A stretch of DNA of 49,278 bases, taken from positions 1-49,278 of the forward strand of contig DXFI01000177.1 of assembly GCA_019114565.1 (NCBI GenBank). Direction: 5' to 3'. The translations under genes and the position numbers were made by a program. Below the pieces are notes generated by a model. The model saw only the letters and a program-made list of their open reading frames with translations. It was not told the origin of the DNA and did not search any database. This stretch comes from Candidatus Desulfovibrio intestinigallinarum (GTDB taxonomy: Bacteria > Desulfobacterota > Desulfovibrionia > Desulfovibrionales > Desulfovibrionaceae). Shown piece after piece: positions 19,456-29,198 of the stretch (position 1 is its first letter; each line of letters opens with the position of its first letter).

Positions 19456-19512
19456 GCGGCTTCTCCTTGCTCAATGCGGGTTGAACGGATATAAAACCCC
19501 CTGCGCCTGTGC

Positions 19513-19896
19513 GTGAATACCTCTCTGGGGGCTGTTGCCATGATGTCCATCATGTTTTTTATCTTTCTCTGTTTCCTCGGCATTTCCGCCATGCTGTACT
19601 ACGTGCTGCGCTGTCAGGAGCGCCACTGCCGCATGCTGCGGGACGATAATGCCGAGTTGCGCGTGCTGCTGCGCGCGCTGGAATCGCGCATGGCCCATCT
19701 TGAAGGCGATGCGCCCGCAACGGCAGCGCCGCAGCCCGCCGCTGCCGCCGATACCGCCGCGGAACCCGACAGCCTGCTGCATCTGAGCTTTGATGCTCCG
19801 GCCCCGGAACAGAGCGCGCCGCAGGAAAGCAAAACGGACCCCGGTCTGGATCTTCACTTTGACGGCGACGTTGTGTCGTCCCGGCGTCAGGGGTAG
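19513..19896 (+). CDS. Small membrane-anchored hypothetical protein
   Basis: N-terminal TM, short coiled coil and low-complexity tail; upstream TTGCTC-17-TATAAA; start may be the ATG at 19540. Confidence 0.7.
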   Translation: MNTSLGAVAMMSIMFFIFLCFLGISAMLYYVLRCQERHCRMLRDDNAELRVLLRALESRMAHLEGDAPATAAPQPAAAADTAAEPDSLLHLSFDAPAPEQSAPQESKTDPGLDLHFDGDVVSSRRQG

Positions 19897-20118
19897 AGCT
19901 GCCCCGGTTGTCCTGCATGGCGCGCAGGCACAGGCGCTTTCTTACGGCTTTCTCCGTGTCTGCCGGGGGAATCCGCCGCTGCTGCGAACGTCTTTTCCGG
20001 CGTGATCCTTCGGGCCGCGCCGGTTGTCGTTTTTTCCTTATCTCGGAAAGTATAATTTAGCTCCGGCACAATAGCGCGTCAAGCGTCCCTCTTCTCCCTG
20101 TTTTCCGGTTCTGGTGCC

Positions 20119-23100
20119 ATGCGTCTTCTTGTTCGTCGTCTCATTCTGGCCGCGCTGGTCTGTCTTGTGCTTCTGCTGTCGCTGGGCGTGGCGCTGGGTG
20201 TCGCCCTGCAGACCCTGCAGCGGGACCCGCAGGCCCTGACGCAGCGGCTGACGGCGCTTCTGCCTGAAAAGAGCGGTTTTTCCGTCTCGCTGGGCACGGT
20301 AAGCGTGCGTCTGCTGCCGGTGCCGCGTCTCGTGGCCAGCGACGTAAGCATAAACGGCCCGGGGGTTCGGGCTTCCGTAGCCTATGTGGTGGCGACGCCC
20401 AGCCTGACGGGCATTCTGCGGGGCGACGCGCTGCCGGCGGCGCTTACGCTGTATCATCCGCAGATAACGGCCACGCTGCCTGTGAAGAGCTTTCTTGCCG
20501 CAGAGGAAGGGAGCGGCGCAGGGGGGCTGCCGCCTCTGCCGTCCTTTCAGGTGCGGATACAGCAGGGGCAGGCGGTGCTGTATGCCCGCGACGGCAGCGC
20601 GCTGTCGCTGGTCAATGCCCGCTGTTCCCTGCGCGGACGCGGGCGGATGCTCAGGGGGAGCGCCGGTTTCAGCAGCCTGACGCTCTATGACGGCGGGGCA
20701 AGACCCCTTGCCGGACTGATCAATACCAGTCTGGAAGGGGAAGTGCCCCTTGCGGACTGGAGTGAACGGGAAACGCAGCTGCGGCTGGAAACTCAGGCCG
20801 CTTTGCCGCCCGTGCTCCCTATCATGAGTCTTGCCCTTGAGCTGGAGGGGCGGCCTGCCGACGGTACGGTGAAGGCCGATGTGCGCGGCAGCCTGCGCGT
20901 GGCCTCGGCGCTGGTACCGTTCGGCATCGGGGGGCAGGCGGAATGTCGCGCGGACGAAGCGCATAACGCCCTGCCCGGGGAAGTGACCCTGCGCGGCTGG
21001 CAGCTGGAGCTGGCCGAAGACAGCGCCCGTCTGGACGGGGTGCTGCGCCTGGGCGCAGCCGGAGAACTGCCTTCCCTGGCCGGGCATCTTGTCGCGCATC
21101 GCCTGAGCCTGACGCGCTGGCTGGATTTTGCGCGCGATCTGCCTCCCGGCCTGCAATGGGCGTTGGACAATATTACGCGCGGCGAGGCCGACTTTGAACT
21201 GGACGGAAAAGGTCTGCGCGTGCCGCGGGTGACGGCCCGCAGCTCGGGAAGCGTGTTTGAGGGCAGCGGAGGCGTGGCTTCATGGGCGGAGCCGGTGGTG
21301 GCGCTGGATTTGAAAGCGCCCAGCGTGAATCTCGGTCTGGCCCTGCCGGAAGCTCTGGGAAGCGCGCCGGAAGCGCCTTTTTATGTGCATCCGCCGCTGA
21401 CGTCCGCCTATGACGAGCCCGGAGCGCCGTCGTCTTCCATTTCGCTGGGCTTCGACATTCGTCTGGGAGCGAAGCAGCTGCTTTACGGGCCGCTGCGGCT
21501 GGAGGATGCCTCTGTGCGCATTACGCCCGGGCCGAAGAAGAACGGTCTGGAGGAAGGTGCGCTGCTGGCGGGCAAGGCTGCCCTGTACGGCGGGCGGCTG
21601 TCCTCTGAAACCCATATCACGGGTACGGGGCAGGAAAACGTCTATCGCATTGATGGAACGGTGCAGGGCGTCAAAGCGTCGGACATTGCGCGGGACATGG
21701 CGTCCTTTCCCTTTGCTTCCGGACGCTGCGATGCCCGGCTCTCGCTGGAGAGCCGCGGGCTGGGGCTGGATGCCTTTCTGCGGCATCTGCGCGGCAGCCT
21801 GCATGCCGATGTGACACAGGGGCGTTTCCGTTCCGGCATGGACAGCGCCATACGAGATTTTGCCCGTATCTCGCTGGATGTGACGCCGCGCGGCGGACGC
21901 GCCGTTGCGGAAGGCGGCCGGGGAGCCGCCCGTCTGGAGGCCCTCTGGAAAGCGCATCTGGAATCTCCGGGGCTGGAGGCCGATGTTCAGCTGGACGGTC
22001 CTCTGATTTTTGGCGGCCGTTCCCGTCTGCGTACCGAAGCCGCCGCCCTGCGCGGCAATCTGCACATGCCTCCCGGAGCTGCTTTGCCGCACGGTCTGAC
22101 AGCGGGCGTAGCCGGGCAGTGCGCCTTTAATGTCGGGACGTTGGCCTTTTCCCTGCAACGGGCGGCCTTGTCCACGCTGGGAGTGGAAGGACAGGGCGAC
22201 CTGCATCTGGACGGCGGCGGCAGGGCTCCTTCCTGGCGTGGCAGGCTGCATCTGCAATGCCGGGATCTGGTGGCTACGTTGCGGCAGGCTACTGGTCAGA
22301 GCCCGGATTTGCCCGCCCCCCTGCGCCGCTGGCAGGTGTCGGGCAATTTCAGCGGTCAGGCGGGCAGTCTTGCCGTGAGCGGTATGCAGGCGCGCGCGTC
22401 GCAGATTACACTGGAAGGCGATGCTTCCCTGCAGTGGAAGGGGGCGCGTCCCGCTCTGCGCTTTGATCTTGTCTCGCCGCACTTTGATCTTGATGCCTTC
22501 ATGGCGGCGGCCTTTCCCGATACGGGGGGACGGAATGACGCGCCGGGGCAGTCCTGGGATTTGCGGGCCATGAAAGCCTTTGATGCCGAGGGCGTGCTGC
22601 ATGTGCAGCGCCTGACGGCATGGAAATTCAATCTGTCGTCTCTGTCTGTTCCTCTGAAATTGCAGGAGGGGCGTCTGCGCTGCGACGCTGTGCGGGCCAA
22701 CTGTTACGGCGCGCCGCTGCGGGCCTCCGTGGATGCCCGCTTTGATCGCGGACTGGAGCTGGCGCTGGATGTCAAAGCGAACGACATTGATGTGGAGCGC
22801 GCCAGCAACGACCGCGGCGGCGAAAAGGCCTTCGGGGGACGCGGTTCCGTCGATCTGGAATTGCGGCAGCATATGACGGCGGGCGGACAGTGGGCCTCGT
22901 CGCTCAACGGTCTTTGGAAAATATCGCTGCTCAAAGGGTACATGCAGGATCGGGGACGCGACGGGCGGCGCAGGGGAAAGCCCACGCCCATCACGCGCTG
23001 TTCGGCCTCCGGCAATATTCGTTCCGGCGTGATCCGCAGCAGCGACTTCTTCTATCTGGGCGACGACCTTCAGGCGCAGGGCGGCGGATGGCTGCACCTG

Positions 23101-23307
23101 GTGCGCAAGCAGCTGGACTGCAATCTGTCCGTTAAAATGGGCCGGATTCCTCCGTTCCCCGTGCGCGTGTACGGCCCGCTGGACAAGCCGCAGACATCCA
23201 TTGGCGCGGGAACGGCGCTGCTGCGTATTCTGGGCAGCATTGCCGGAAGCGTGGGCGACGTCATCGGCGGTCTGTTCGGCAGTATTGGTCAGCTCATGAG
23301 CAAGTAG
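20119..23307 (+). CDS. AsmA-family protein
   Basis: N-terminal TM, beta-rich repeats (LYGG, CYG) and C-terminal G.I.SG.I.S.D..G.GW.L..V.GPL..P pattern. Confidence 0.8.
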   Translation: MRLLVRRLILAALVCLVLLLSLGVALGVALQTLQRDPQALTQRLTALLPEKSGFSVSLGTVSVRLLPVPRLVASDVSINGPGVRASVAYVVATPSLTGILRGDALPAALTLYHPQITATLPVKSFLAAEEGSGAGGLPPLPSFQVRIQQGQAVLYARDGSALSLVNARCSLRGRGRMLRGSAGFSSLTLYDGGARPLAGLINTSLEGEVPLADWSERETQLRLETQAALPPVLPIMSLALELEGRPADGTVKADVRGSLRVASALVPFGIGGQAECRADEAHNALPGEVTLRGWQLELAEDSARLDGVLRLGAAGELPSLAGHLVAHRLSLTRWLDFARDLPPGLQWALDNITRGEADFELDGKGLRVPRVTARSSGSVFEGSGGVASWAEPVVALDLKAPSVNLGLALPEALGSAPEAPFYVHPPLTSAYDEPGAPSSSISLGFDIRLGAKQLLYGPLRLEDASVRITPGPKKNGLEEGALLAGKAALYGGRLSSETHITGTGQENVYRIDGTVQGVKASDIARDMASFPFASGRCDARLSLESRGLGLDAFLRHLRGSLHADVTQGRFRSGMDSAIRDFARISLDVTPRGGRAVAEGGRGAARLEALWKAHLESPGLEADVQLDGPLIFGGRSRLRTEAAALRGNLHMPPGAALPHGLTAGVAGQCAFNVGTLAFSLQRAALSTLGVEGQGDLHLDGGGRAPSWRGRLHLQCRDLVATLRQATGQSPDLPAPLRRWQVSGNFSGQAGSLAVSGMQARASQITLEGDASLQWKGARPALRFDLVSPHFDLDAFMAAAFPDTGGRNDAPGQSWDLRAMKAFDAEGVLHVQRLTAWKFNLSSLSVPLKLQEGRLRCDAVRANCYGAPLRASVDARFDRGLELALDVKANDIDVERASNDRGGEKAFGGRGSVDLELRQHMTAGGQWASSLNGLWKISLLKGYMQDRGRDGRRRGKPTPITRCSASGNIRSGVIRSSDFFYLGDDLQAQGGGWLHLVRKQLDCNLSVKMGRIPPFPVRVYGPLDKPQTSIGAGTALLRILGSIAGSVGDVIGGLFGSIGQLMSK

Positions 23308-23355
23308 AGCATTTTCAGTTTGAAACGCACAGTGTTTCAAACTGAAAATGCTCTA
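23305..23355. repeat. Family A mini-palindrome (51 bp, perfect 22-bp arms)
   Basis: TAGAGCATTTTCAGTTTGAAAC-7 nt-GTTTCAAACTGAAAATGCTCTA. Confidence 0.92.
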
Positions 23356-23379
23356 AAAGTAGTACTGACATGCCCCACA

Positions 23380-23663
23380 GGGCCTGTTAACACTAATTTT
23401 CTATTCATTTCAAACAAATAGAAAATGAAGACTACACAGAGCCGCTGAAAGGTACTTGCCGCATGGCCTGCACCCTCTTTGAAAGCGCGTTGGGGGAAGG
23501 ATGGGGGGCCTGGGGGGAAGGAAACACCCCTTGCGCGCCAGCCGCGACCGAATGGCGGCCGCAGGCCGTGCCCGTTAGGCGACGCAGGAGCCTTACGGGC
23601 ATCGACAGCAGAGATAAGGGGGGTTCCTTCCCCCCAGAAGAACAATTTAGTGTTAACAGGCCC
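23380..23663 (+). mobile_element. Family B element, long form
   Basis: Perfect 17-bp TIR GGGCCTGTTAACACTAA; TA follows the right end. Confidence 0.92.
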
Positions 23664-25243
23664 TAAAGCCGGACGCGCACGCAGTCGCGCCCCGCGCCCT
23701 TGGCCTGATACAGCGAGGTGTCCGCCTGATGCAGAAGCTCGTCACAGGAAAGCGATTCGCCGGCTTCGCGTACGGCAACGCCGATGCTTACGGTCAGCAC
23801 CCCCGGCGGATTGCCGGGATGGGAAATGGCCAGGGCCCGCACGCTCCGGCGGATATCCTCGGCAATTTCCACGGCGCGATAAACATCGTCATCCAGAAGC
23901 AGCACGCAAAATTCCTCGCCGCCGTAACGGAAAAAGCGACCACTCCCGGCTACGACGCGGGAGCCCTCCTGAGCCACCAGCCGCAAAGCCTCATCGCCCT
24001 TCTGATGCCCCAGCGTGTCGTTATAGGCCTTGAAGTTGTCCACATCCAGAAGAAAGACAGCCAGCGCGCGTTCCTGCGCCACTTCGGCCAGCGCCGCATC
24101 CAGACTGCGGCGATTGGGCACGCCGCAGAGCTCATCCATAAAGCTCATCTGCCGGAATTCGCTGCACTCCTCCGCCAGATTACGGGAATGCGCCTTCATG
24201 CCGGCAATAAGATTCTTCAGGCGGGGCAGCATGCCGAAAAGGGCGTCCAGCTCGCGAATTTTGCTCGGGGGGATGTTCTCGCAGTCGCCGCTTGCCTCCA
24301 GACGCCGCAACTGCTGCGACGCAAGAGAAATGGGGAAAATGACCCTGCGCATAAAGATCAGAAAACAGAGCAGCGAGGAGAACGATATGCCGACAATGGC
24401 ACTCTTGATGACCAGCTCCATGTGCATGCGCTCGGTTTCCATGGTTTCCATGGCCTTTCTGATGGCAAGACTGTTGGCGGCCTCAAAGCGGGAGAACCAG
24501 TCGCGCAGACGAAAGTCTATGGCGGAGCTCAGATTGTAGACGGCCACCTGCGCCTGATGATGACGCTGCCAGACAACTTCCAGCGATTCAACATTCCGCA
24601 TCAAATCCTGGCAGATATTGGTCTTTTTCAGAGAGGATTCCTGACAGTAGGCCAGAGGGGCCTGAAGGCTGGCCAGCGCCTGCCGGAGATGCTCCCTTTC
24701 CGTATCCGGGTCCGGCGTATCATAAGGACTGGAAGCCAGAATCTCGGGGAGGGAGAACACCCTGCCCGAAACAACAGCCAGACGATTTACCCGCCGTTCA
24801 AGGCGGGCAACAACAAAGGCCAGTTCGGCCTTGTACCGGCTGGCCGTGCGCTTGGCGCGCTCCAGTTCGTCCAGAAGGCCCCGCAACGCGCTCGTTTCCG
24901 TGCTGGAAAGCGTGCTGTCCACAAAGGTTCCGTCAAGCTGATGACGCGCATCCGCCAGCGCCTTGCGGCACAAATCCATATTATCTGAAAGTCGGACGCT
25001 CAGAACGGAACGTCGCAAAACTTCAACGCGATTTTGCAGGGGGTGGCGTGCCTGATAATCCGGGAGATAGTCTTCGCTGATGCGCAGAGCGGCCGAATCC
25101 AGTCGGTGCAGGCCGTTGACAAGCAGACCGAACGCTGCGCCCACAAGAAGAAAGACCGGCAGGCTCAACAGAAAGCAGTACCAGTAGACGCCCATCTTCC
25201 GGGGTTTTGCAGGAGAAGGATCAACAGCTGCGGGACCCGGCAT
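23663..25243 (-). CDS. Membrane-bound diguanylate cyclase
   Basis: Two TM helices around a periplasmic domain; DVDNFKAYND.LGH..GD, RYGGEEF, TVSIG and LY.AK..GR motifs. Confidence 0.92.
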   Translation of the reverse strand: MPGPAAVDPSPAKPRKMGVYWYCFLLSLPVFLLVGAAFGLLVNGLHRLDSAALRISEDYLPDYQARHPLQNRVEVLRRSVLSVRLSDNMDLCRKALADARHQLDGTFVDSTLSSTETSALRGLLDELERAKRTASRYKAELAFVVARLERRVNRLAVVSGRVFSLPEILASSPYDTPDPDTEREHLRQALASLQAPLAYCQESSLKKTNICQDLMRNVESLEVVWQRHHQAQVAVYNLSSAIDFRLRDWFSRFEAANSLAIRKAMETMETERMHMELVIKSAIVGISFSSLLCFLIFMRRVIFPISLASQQLRRLEASGDCENIPPSKIRELDALFGMLPRLKNLIAGMKAHSRNLAEECSEFRQMSFMDELCGVPNRRSLDAALAEVAQERALAVFLLDVDNFKAYNDTLGHQKGDEALRLVAQEGSRVVAGSGRFFRYGGEEFCVLLLDDDVYRAVEIAEDIRRSVRALAISHPGNPPGVLTVSIGVAVREAGESLSCDELLHQADTSLYQAKGAGRDCVRVRL

Positions 25244-25268
25244 GACCGCTCCAGAAAAGAGAAAGAAG

Positions 25269-26315
25269 TTAGCCTCCGATGCCTACCATATGTTTGGCGG
25301 CCACGGCGGCGCCCTGACGGGCGGCGAGCAAGTCCGCGCCTACGGGCTTGAGCCGACAGGCATTGCTAATGGTACGCGCAATGCAGCTGTCGTCAAGGCC
25401 GGGCGTCCGCAACATGCCCCGAAGGGCATACTCCTTGTCGGCAAAGAGACAGGTCCGCACGTTGCCGTCGCTGGTAAGGCGCAGCCGGTTGCAGGACGCG
25501 CAGAAATGGTTGCTCAACGGCGAAATGAAGCCCAGACGCCCCCTGCCGCCCACGATACGGAACATGCGGGCCGGTCCGCTGGTCTCGCCGCCCGTCTCAT
25601 CGGGCAGCAGGCGCACAAGCCGCTCGGCATCGGCGCGAATCTGATCGGCAGGCCAGAAATGCTGCTCGTCCCAGCGCGTGCCGCTGCCCATGGGCATGAA
25701 TTCGATAAAGCGCACATCCACGGGCAGGGTCTTTGCGGCGTGCACAAAATCGTCCAGCTGCCCGTCATTGACGCCGCGCAGGGCCACGGCATTGATCTTT
25801 ACCCGCAGCCCGGCGACCAGCAGTCCGTCCACCGCCGCCAGCACGGAGGGCAGCAGATCGTGCCCCGTCACCCGCGCGAAGGTGGTCCGATCAAAGCTGT
25901 CCAGAGAAATATTGACCACGCTCACCCCCACGCGGCGCAGCAGCGGAATATGAGGCTCAAGCAGCGTGGCATTGGTCGTCAGCCGCAGGTCCAGATCATC
26001 ATGGCGGGCATGCAGCATGGCCAGAAAATCATCGCAGCCCTTGCGCGCAAAGGGTTCCCCCCCCGTCAGCCGGACCTTGCGCACGCCCATGTCGTGCACA
26101 ATGCGCACCACCCGGGCCATTTCCTCATAGCGCAGAATATTTTCATGCGGAATGAAATCGCGCTGCTCCACGCTGCGGCAGTACAGGCAGTGCAGATTGC
26201 AGCGATCCGTCACCGACAGGCGCAGATAGCGGACATTGCGCCCGTGGGCGTCGTGCAGCGGGGACAGGGAGACGGTGTTGCCAAGAGAAGGGAATGGATT
26301 TACAGATGTCGCCAT
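25269..26315 (-). CDS. moaA: GTP 3',8-cyclase MoaA
   Basis: YLRLSVTDRCNLHCLYC, LTGGEP, RFIEFMP and FCASCNRLRLT..C motifs; C-terminal GG. Confidence 0.96.
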   Translation of the reverse strand: MATSVNPFPSLGNTVSLSPLHDAHGRNVRYLRLSVTDRCNLHCLYCRSVEQRDFIPHENILRYEEMARVVRIVHDMGVRKVRLTGGEPFARKGCDDFLAMLHARHDDLDLRLTTNATLLEPHIPLLRRVGVSVVNISLDSFDRTTFARVTGHDLLPSVLAAVDGLLVAGLRVKINAVALRGVNDGQLDDFVHAAKTLPVDVRFIEFMPMGSGTRWDEQHFWPADQIRADAERLVRLLPDETGGETSGPARMFRIVGGRGRLGFISPLSNHFCASCNRLRLTSDGNVRTCLFADKEYALRGMLRTPGLDDSCIARTISNACRLKPVGADLLAARQGAAVAAKHMVGIGG

Positions 26316-26592
26316 GAAGTACCTGCTTACCTGTTCAGCCGTGGCCGCCTGTCTGGGGATTCCCGTCATGCTGTATGCGTGGGACGGCTTCGACGCCGCC
26401 ACAGCGGATCTCGTGGAAGTAACGCCTGATGCGCTGCCGTCCGGGGGAGACACCATTGATGTTCGGGACTATGCCACAGACACGGTGCAGACCTGTCTGG
26501 TGGAAAACGTGACCCGCAACGCCCGCACCGTGGAGCTATCCGTTCGCACGCCGGACGGACAGTGGCGGACGCTGGTCATGGAGGGAAGATAG
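26314..26592 (+). CDS. Small exported protein, DUF5334-like
   Basis: Signal peptide, then WDGFD..VEV..G.TI.V.DY..VELSV...DG..RTL.ME. Confidence 0.7.
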   Translation: MKYLLTCSAVAACLGIPVMLYAWDGFDAATADLVEVTPDALPSGGDTIDVRDYATDTVQTCLVENVTRNARTVELSVRTPDGQWRTLVMEGR

Positions 26593-26644
26593 CACGCATG
26601 ATCAAAAAAGGGAACGCTCCGCCAGGCCTTCCCTGTCTTGTGAA

Positions 26645-26678
26645 AAAACGCCTTGCGGCCCGGGCCGCAAGGCGTTTT
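26645..26678. terminator. Bidirectional terminator
   Basis: AAAACGCCTTGCGGCC..GGCCGCAAGGCGTTTT between convergent genes. Confidence 0.85.
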
Positions 26679-26724
26679 CAAGGTTTGGGAAACATTCTCC
26701 CGAAAAACGATATCTTTCCGGAAA

Positions 26725-27291
26725 TCAGGCGTTGCCGCCGTCACGTTCGTAGCCGGGCAGAAGCACGCTGGCGGCCTGACTCTGGCCCTGACCCTTGGGG
26801 CACTGGCCCTGCAAATGGCAAATTTCACAGCCCCCCTTGAAGGGGAAGTGGGTGACCACGGCAAAACGGCGATCCAGCGTGGCAGCGCCTTCCTTATAAT
26901 GCAGGCCCAGTTCAGCCAGCGCCGCCTTGAGGGCCTCGGTGGGCCGGGGAGCGGGAGCGCAGCCCGCATCTTCCACCTGAGGCAGGAGCTCGCGCACGGC
27001 CGCCATGCAAAGGAACTGGGCGAGGTTGTTGTCCTGCCAGCCGTCGGACGGCGACTTTTCCCATGCGGCGTCGACCTGCTGTTCCACGGCTTCGGGCAGC
27101 CAGACCGCAAGATAGGAGATGGCCCCGGTGGCGATCTCGCGCACCTCAAGCCGGGGCAGCCATTCGCCCCACAGTTTGATGAGGCGCTCCAGCGTCGCGC
27201 CGCCCAGACGGCTTTCCTGGCTCATGACCATAAAGCCTTCCATATCAAAATAGGGCACAACCTCATGTTTGGTAATGCGGGTATCGCTCAC
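26725..27291 (-). CDS. Conserved hypothetical protein with C-terminal CxxCxxxxxC
   Basis: AGGAG RBS before the GTG at 27291; GCEICHLQGQCP motif. Confidence 0.75.
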   Translation of the reverse strand: MSDTRITKHEVVPYFDMEGFMVMSQESRLGGATLERLIKLWGEWLPRLEVREIATGAISYLAVWLPEAVEQQVDAAWEKSPSDGWQDNNLAQFLCMAAVRELLPQVEDAGCAPAPRPTEALKAALAELGLHYKEGAATLDRRFAVVTHFPFKGGCEICHLQGQCPKGQGQSQAASVLLPGYERDGGNA

Positions 27292-27467
27292 GCTCGTCTC
27301 CTTCCTGTTCGGCGTCCCAATGCCGGATTCTGTGCGCAGTATTGTAGTCACGGCCGCGGCCGCGTCAAGGGCGCTCGCGAAAGCTTTACTTCATGCCGCG
27401 TCTTTTTTACCATTTGCGGGATTCCCGCCGCTTCGCGCGTACGGGAAAATATGTTACAGGAGCCCAC

Positions 27468-27842
27468 ATGAATCCCCTCCGTCATCCCAACAAAATCCGC
27501 TACCGCTACACCATCGACAAGGACGCCCGCCTGCATACGGCCCACGGCGTCTGGGGCGGTATCAATCCCCAGGGAGAAATAGAGCTCAATTTTTATCATG
27601 AAAGCGACGCCCTGCCGCAGTCCACGGAATGCCTCGTCTCGCCCGACGGCTCCCTGGGACCGGAAAACCTGCCCGAAGGTTTCGAGCAGCGCGACATTAT
27701 CCGTCATATACATTCCCGGGTGCTGCTGAACTACGAAACGGCCCGCGCCGTTCTGGAATGGCTGGAAGATCGGGTGGCGACGCTGGAAATGGAAGACGGG
27801 GAGGCCCCGCTCTTCTCCGGGCACTCGGGACGCGAGCAGTAA
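27468..27842 (+). CDS. Conserved hypothetical protein upstream of miaB
   Basis: AGGAG RBS; HGVWGGINPQGEIELNFY motif; 3-nt gap to miaB. Confidence 0.8.
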   Translation: MNPLRHPNKIRYRYTIDKDARLHTAHGVWGGINPQGEIELNFYHESDALPQSTECLVSPDGSLGPENLPEGFEQRDIIRHIHSRVLLNYETARAVLEWLEDRVATLEMEDGEAPLFSGHSGREQ

Positions 27843-27845
27843 AGC

Positions 27846-29198
27846 ATGCGGGAACGTAGCTATCATATCATAACCTTCGGCTGCCAGATGAACGTGCACG
27901 ACTCCCAGTGGCTGGGGCGCGTGCTGCAGCGGCGGGGCTTTGCCGAAGGCTCTCTGGAAGAGGCGCAGGTCGTCGTCGTCAACACCTGCTCCGTGCGGGA
28001 AAAGCCGGAACAGAAAGTCATGAGCGCCCTCGGGCGCATCCGTCAGGCCACGAACAGTAATCCCGACGTGCTGGTCGTCGTCACGGGCTGCGTGGCCCAG
28101 CAGCTGGGTGAAGAGCTCTTCCGTCAGCCGCAGGTGCGGCTTGTGGCCGGCAGCGACGGCATCGCCTCAGCGCCGGAAGCCATCGAACGCCTGCTGGCGG
28201 AACCGGATCGCAAGCTGTCGCTGCTGGACTTCACCTCCTCCTACGAAGAACGGGAAGAAGGCGTGCGCGCCCCCTCCGGGCCTGTCGCCTACGTCAACAT
28301 CATGCAGGGCTGCGACAACTTCTGCGCCTACTGCATTGTGCCCTATACGCGCGGACGTCAGAAATCGCGCCTGACGGCGGCCGTCCTGGACGACTGCCGC
28401 AAGGCGCTGGAAGACGGCGCGCGCGAAATCTGCCTGCTGGGACAGAACGTCAATGCCTTCGGCAGAGACAAGCACGGCGACGGCGTCAGCTTTGCCGATC
28501 TGCTGCGGCAGGTGGCCGCGCTTCCGGGCCTGCTTCGTCTGCGCTATGTGACGCCGCACCCCAAGGACATGGGACCGGAGGACGTGGCCCTGTTCGGAGA
28601 ACTGCCCAACCTCTGCCCGCGTCTGCACCTGCCGCTGCAGGCCGGTTCCGATGCCGTGCTGGCCCGCATGGGGCGCAAGTACGACGCGGCCCGCTACATT
28701 GAACTGACGGACGCGCTGCGCGCCGCCAGACCGGACATCGCCCTGTCCACGGATCTTATTGTGGGCTTTCCCGGCGAAAGCGAGGAAGATTTTCAGCAGA
28801 CACTGGCGCTCATGCGTCGCTGCGGCTTCATGTCCAGTTTTTCCTTCTGCTATTCGGACCGTCCCGGCACGCGGGCCTCGCGCTTTCTCGACAAGATTGC
28901 GCCCGACGTGCAGCAGGATCGCCTGCTGCGTTTACAGGCGCTCCAGGAAGAACTGGGGCAGGCCTGGCTTGACGCGCGCATCGGGCAGGAGACCGACCTG
29001 CTCATCGAAGGAGAAAGCCGCCGCGACGACAGCAGCGACGGTCTGCGGAGCTGGCAGGGACGCGACCCTTACGGGGCGCTGGTGCATGTCGGTCTGCCGT
29101 CCGCCGACGGGGACATGACGGGCCGCATGGTGCGCGTCCGCCTTACCGAAGCCAAGAAACACAGCCTTCTGGGGCAACAGGCAGGGGCGTCATGGTAG
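27846..29198 (+). CDS. miaB: tRNA-i6A37 methylthiotransferase MiaB
   Basis: TFGCQMN.HDS, NTCSVRE, GCVAQ, GCDNFCAYCIVPYTRG and DLIVGFPGE motifs; TRAM domain. Confidence 0.96.
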   Translation: MRERSYHIITFGCQMNVHDSQWLGRVLQRRGFAEGSLEEAQVVVVNTCSVREKPEQKVMSALGRIRQATNSNPDVLVVVTGCVAQQLGEELFRQPQVRLVAGSDGIASAPEAIERLLAEPDRKLSLLDFTSSYEEREEGVRAPSGPVAYVNIMQGCDNFCAYCIVPYTRGRQKSRLTAAVLDDCRKALEDGAREICLLGQNVNAFGRDKHGDGVSFADLLRQVAALPGLLRLRYVTPHPKDMGPEDVALFGELPNLCPRLHLPLQAGSDAVLARMGRKYDAARYIELTDALRAARPDIALSTDLIVGFPGESEEDFQQTLALMRRCGFMSSFSFCYSDRPGTRASRFLDKIAPDVQQDRLLRLQALQEELGQAWLDARIGQETDLLIEGESRRDDSSDGLRSWQGRDPYGALVHVGLPSADGDMTGRMVRVRLTEAKKHSLLGQQAGASW

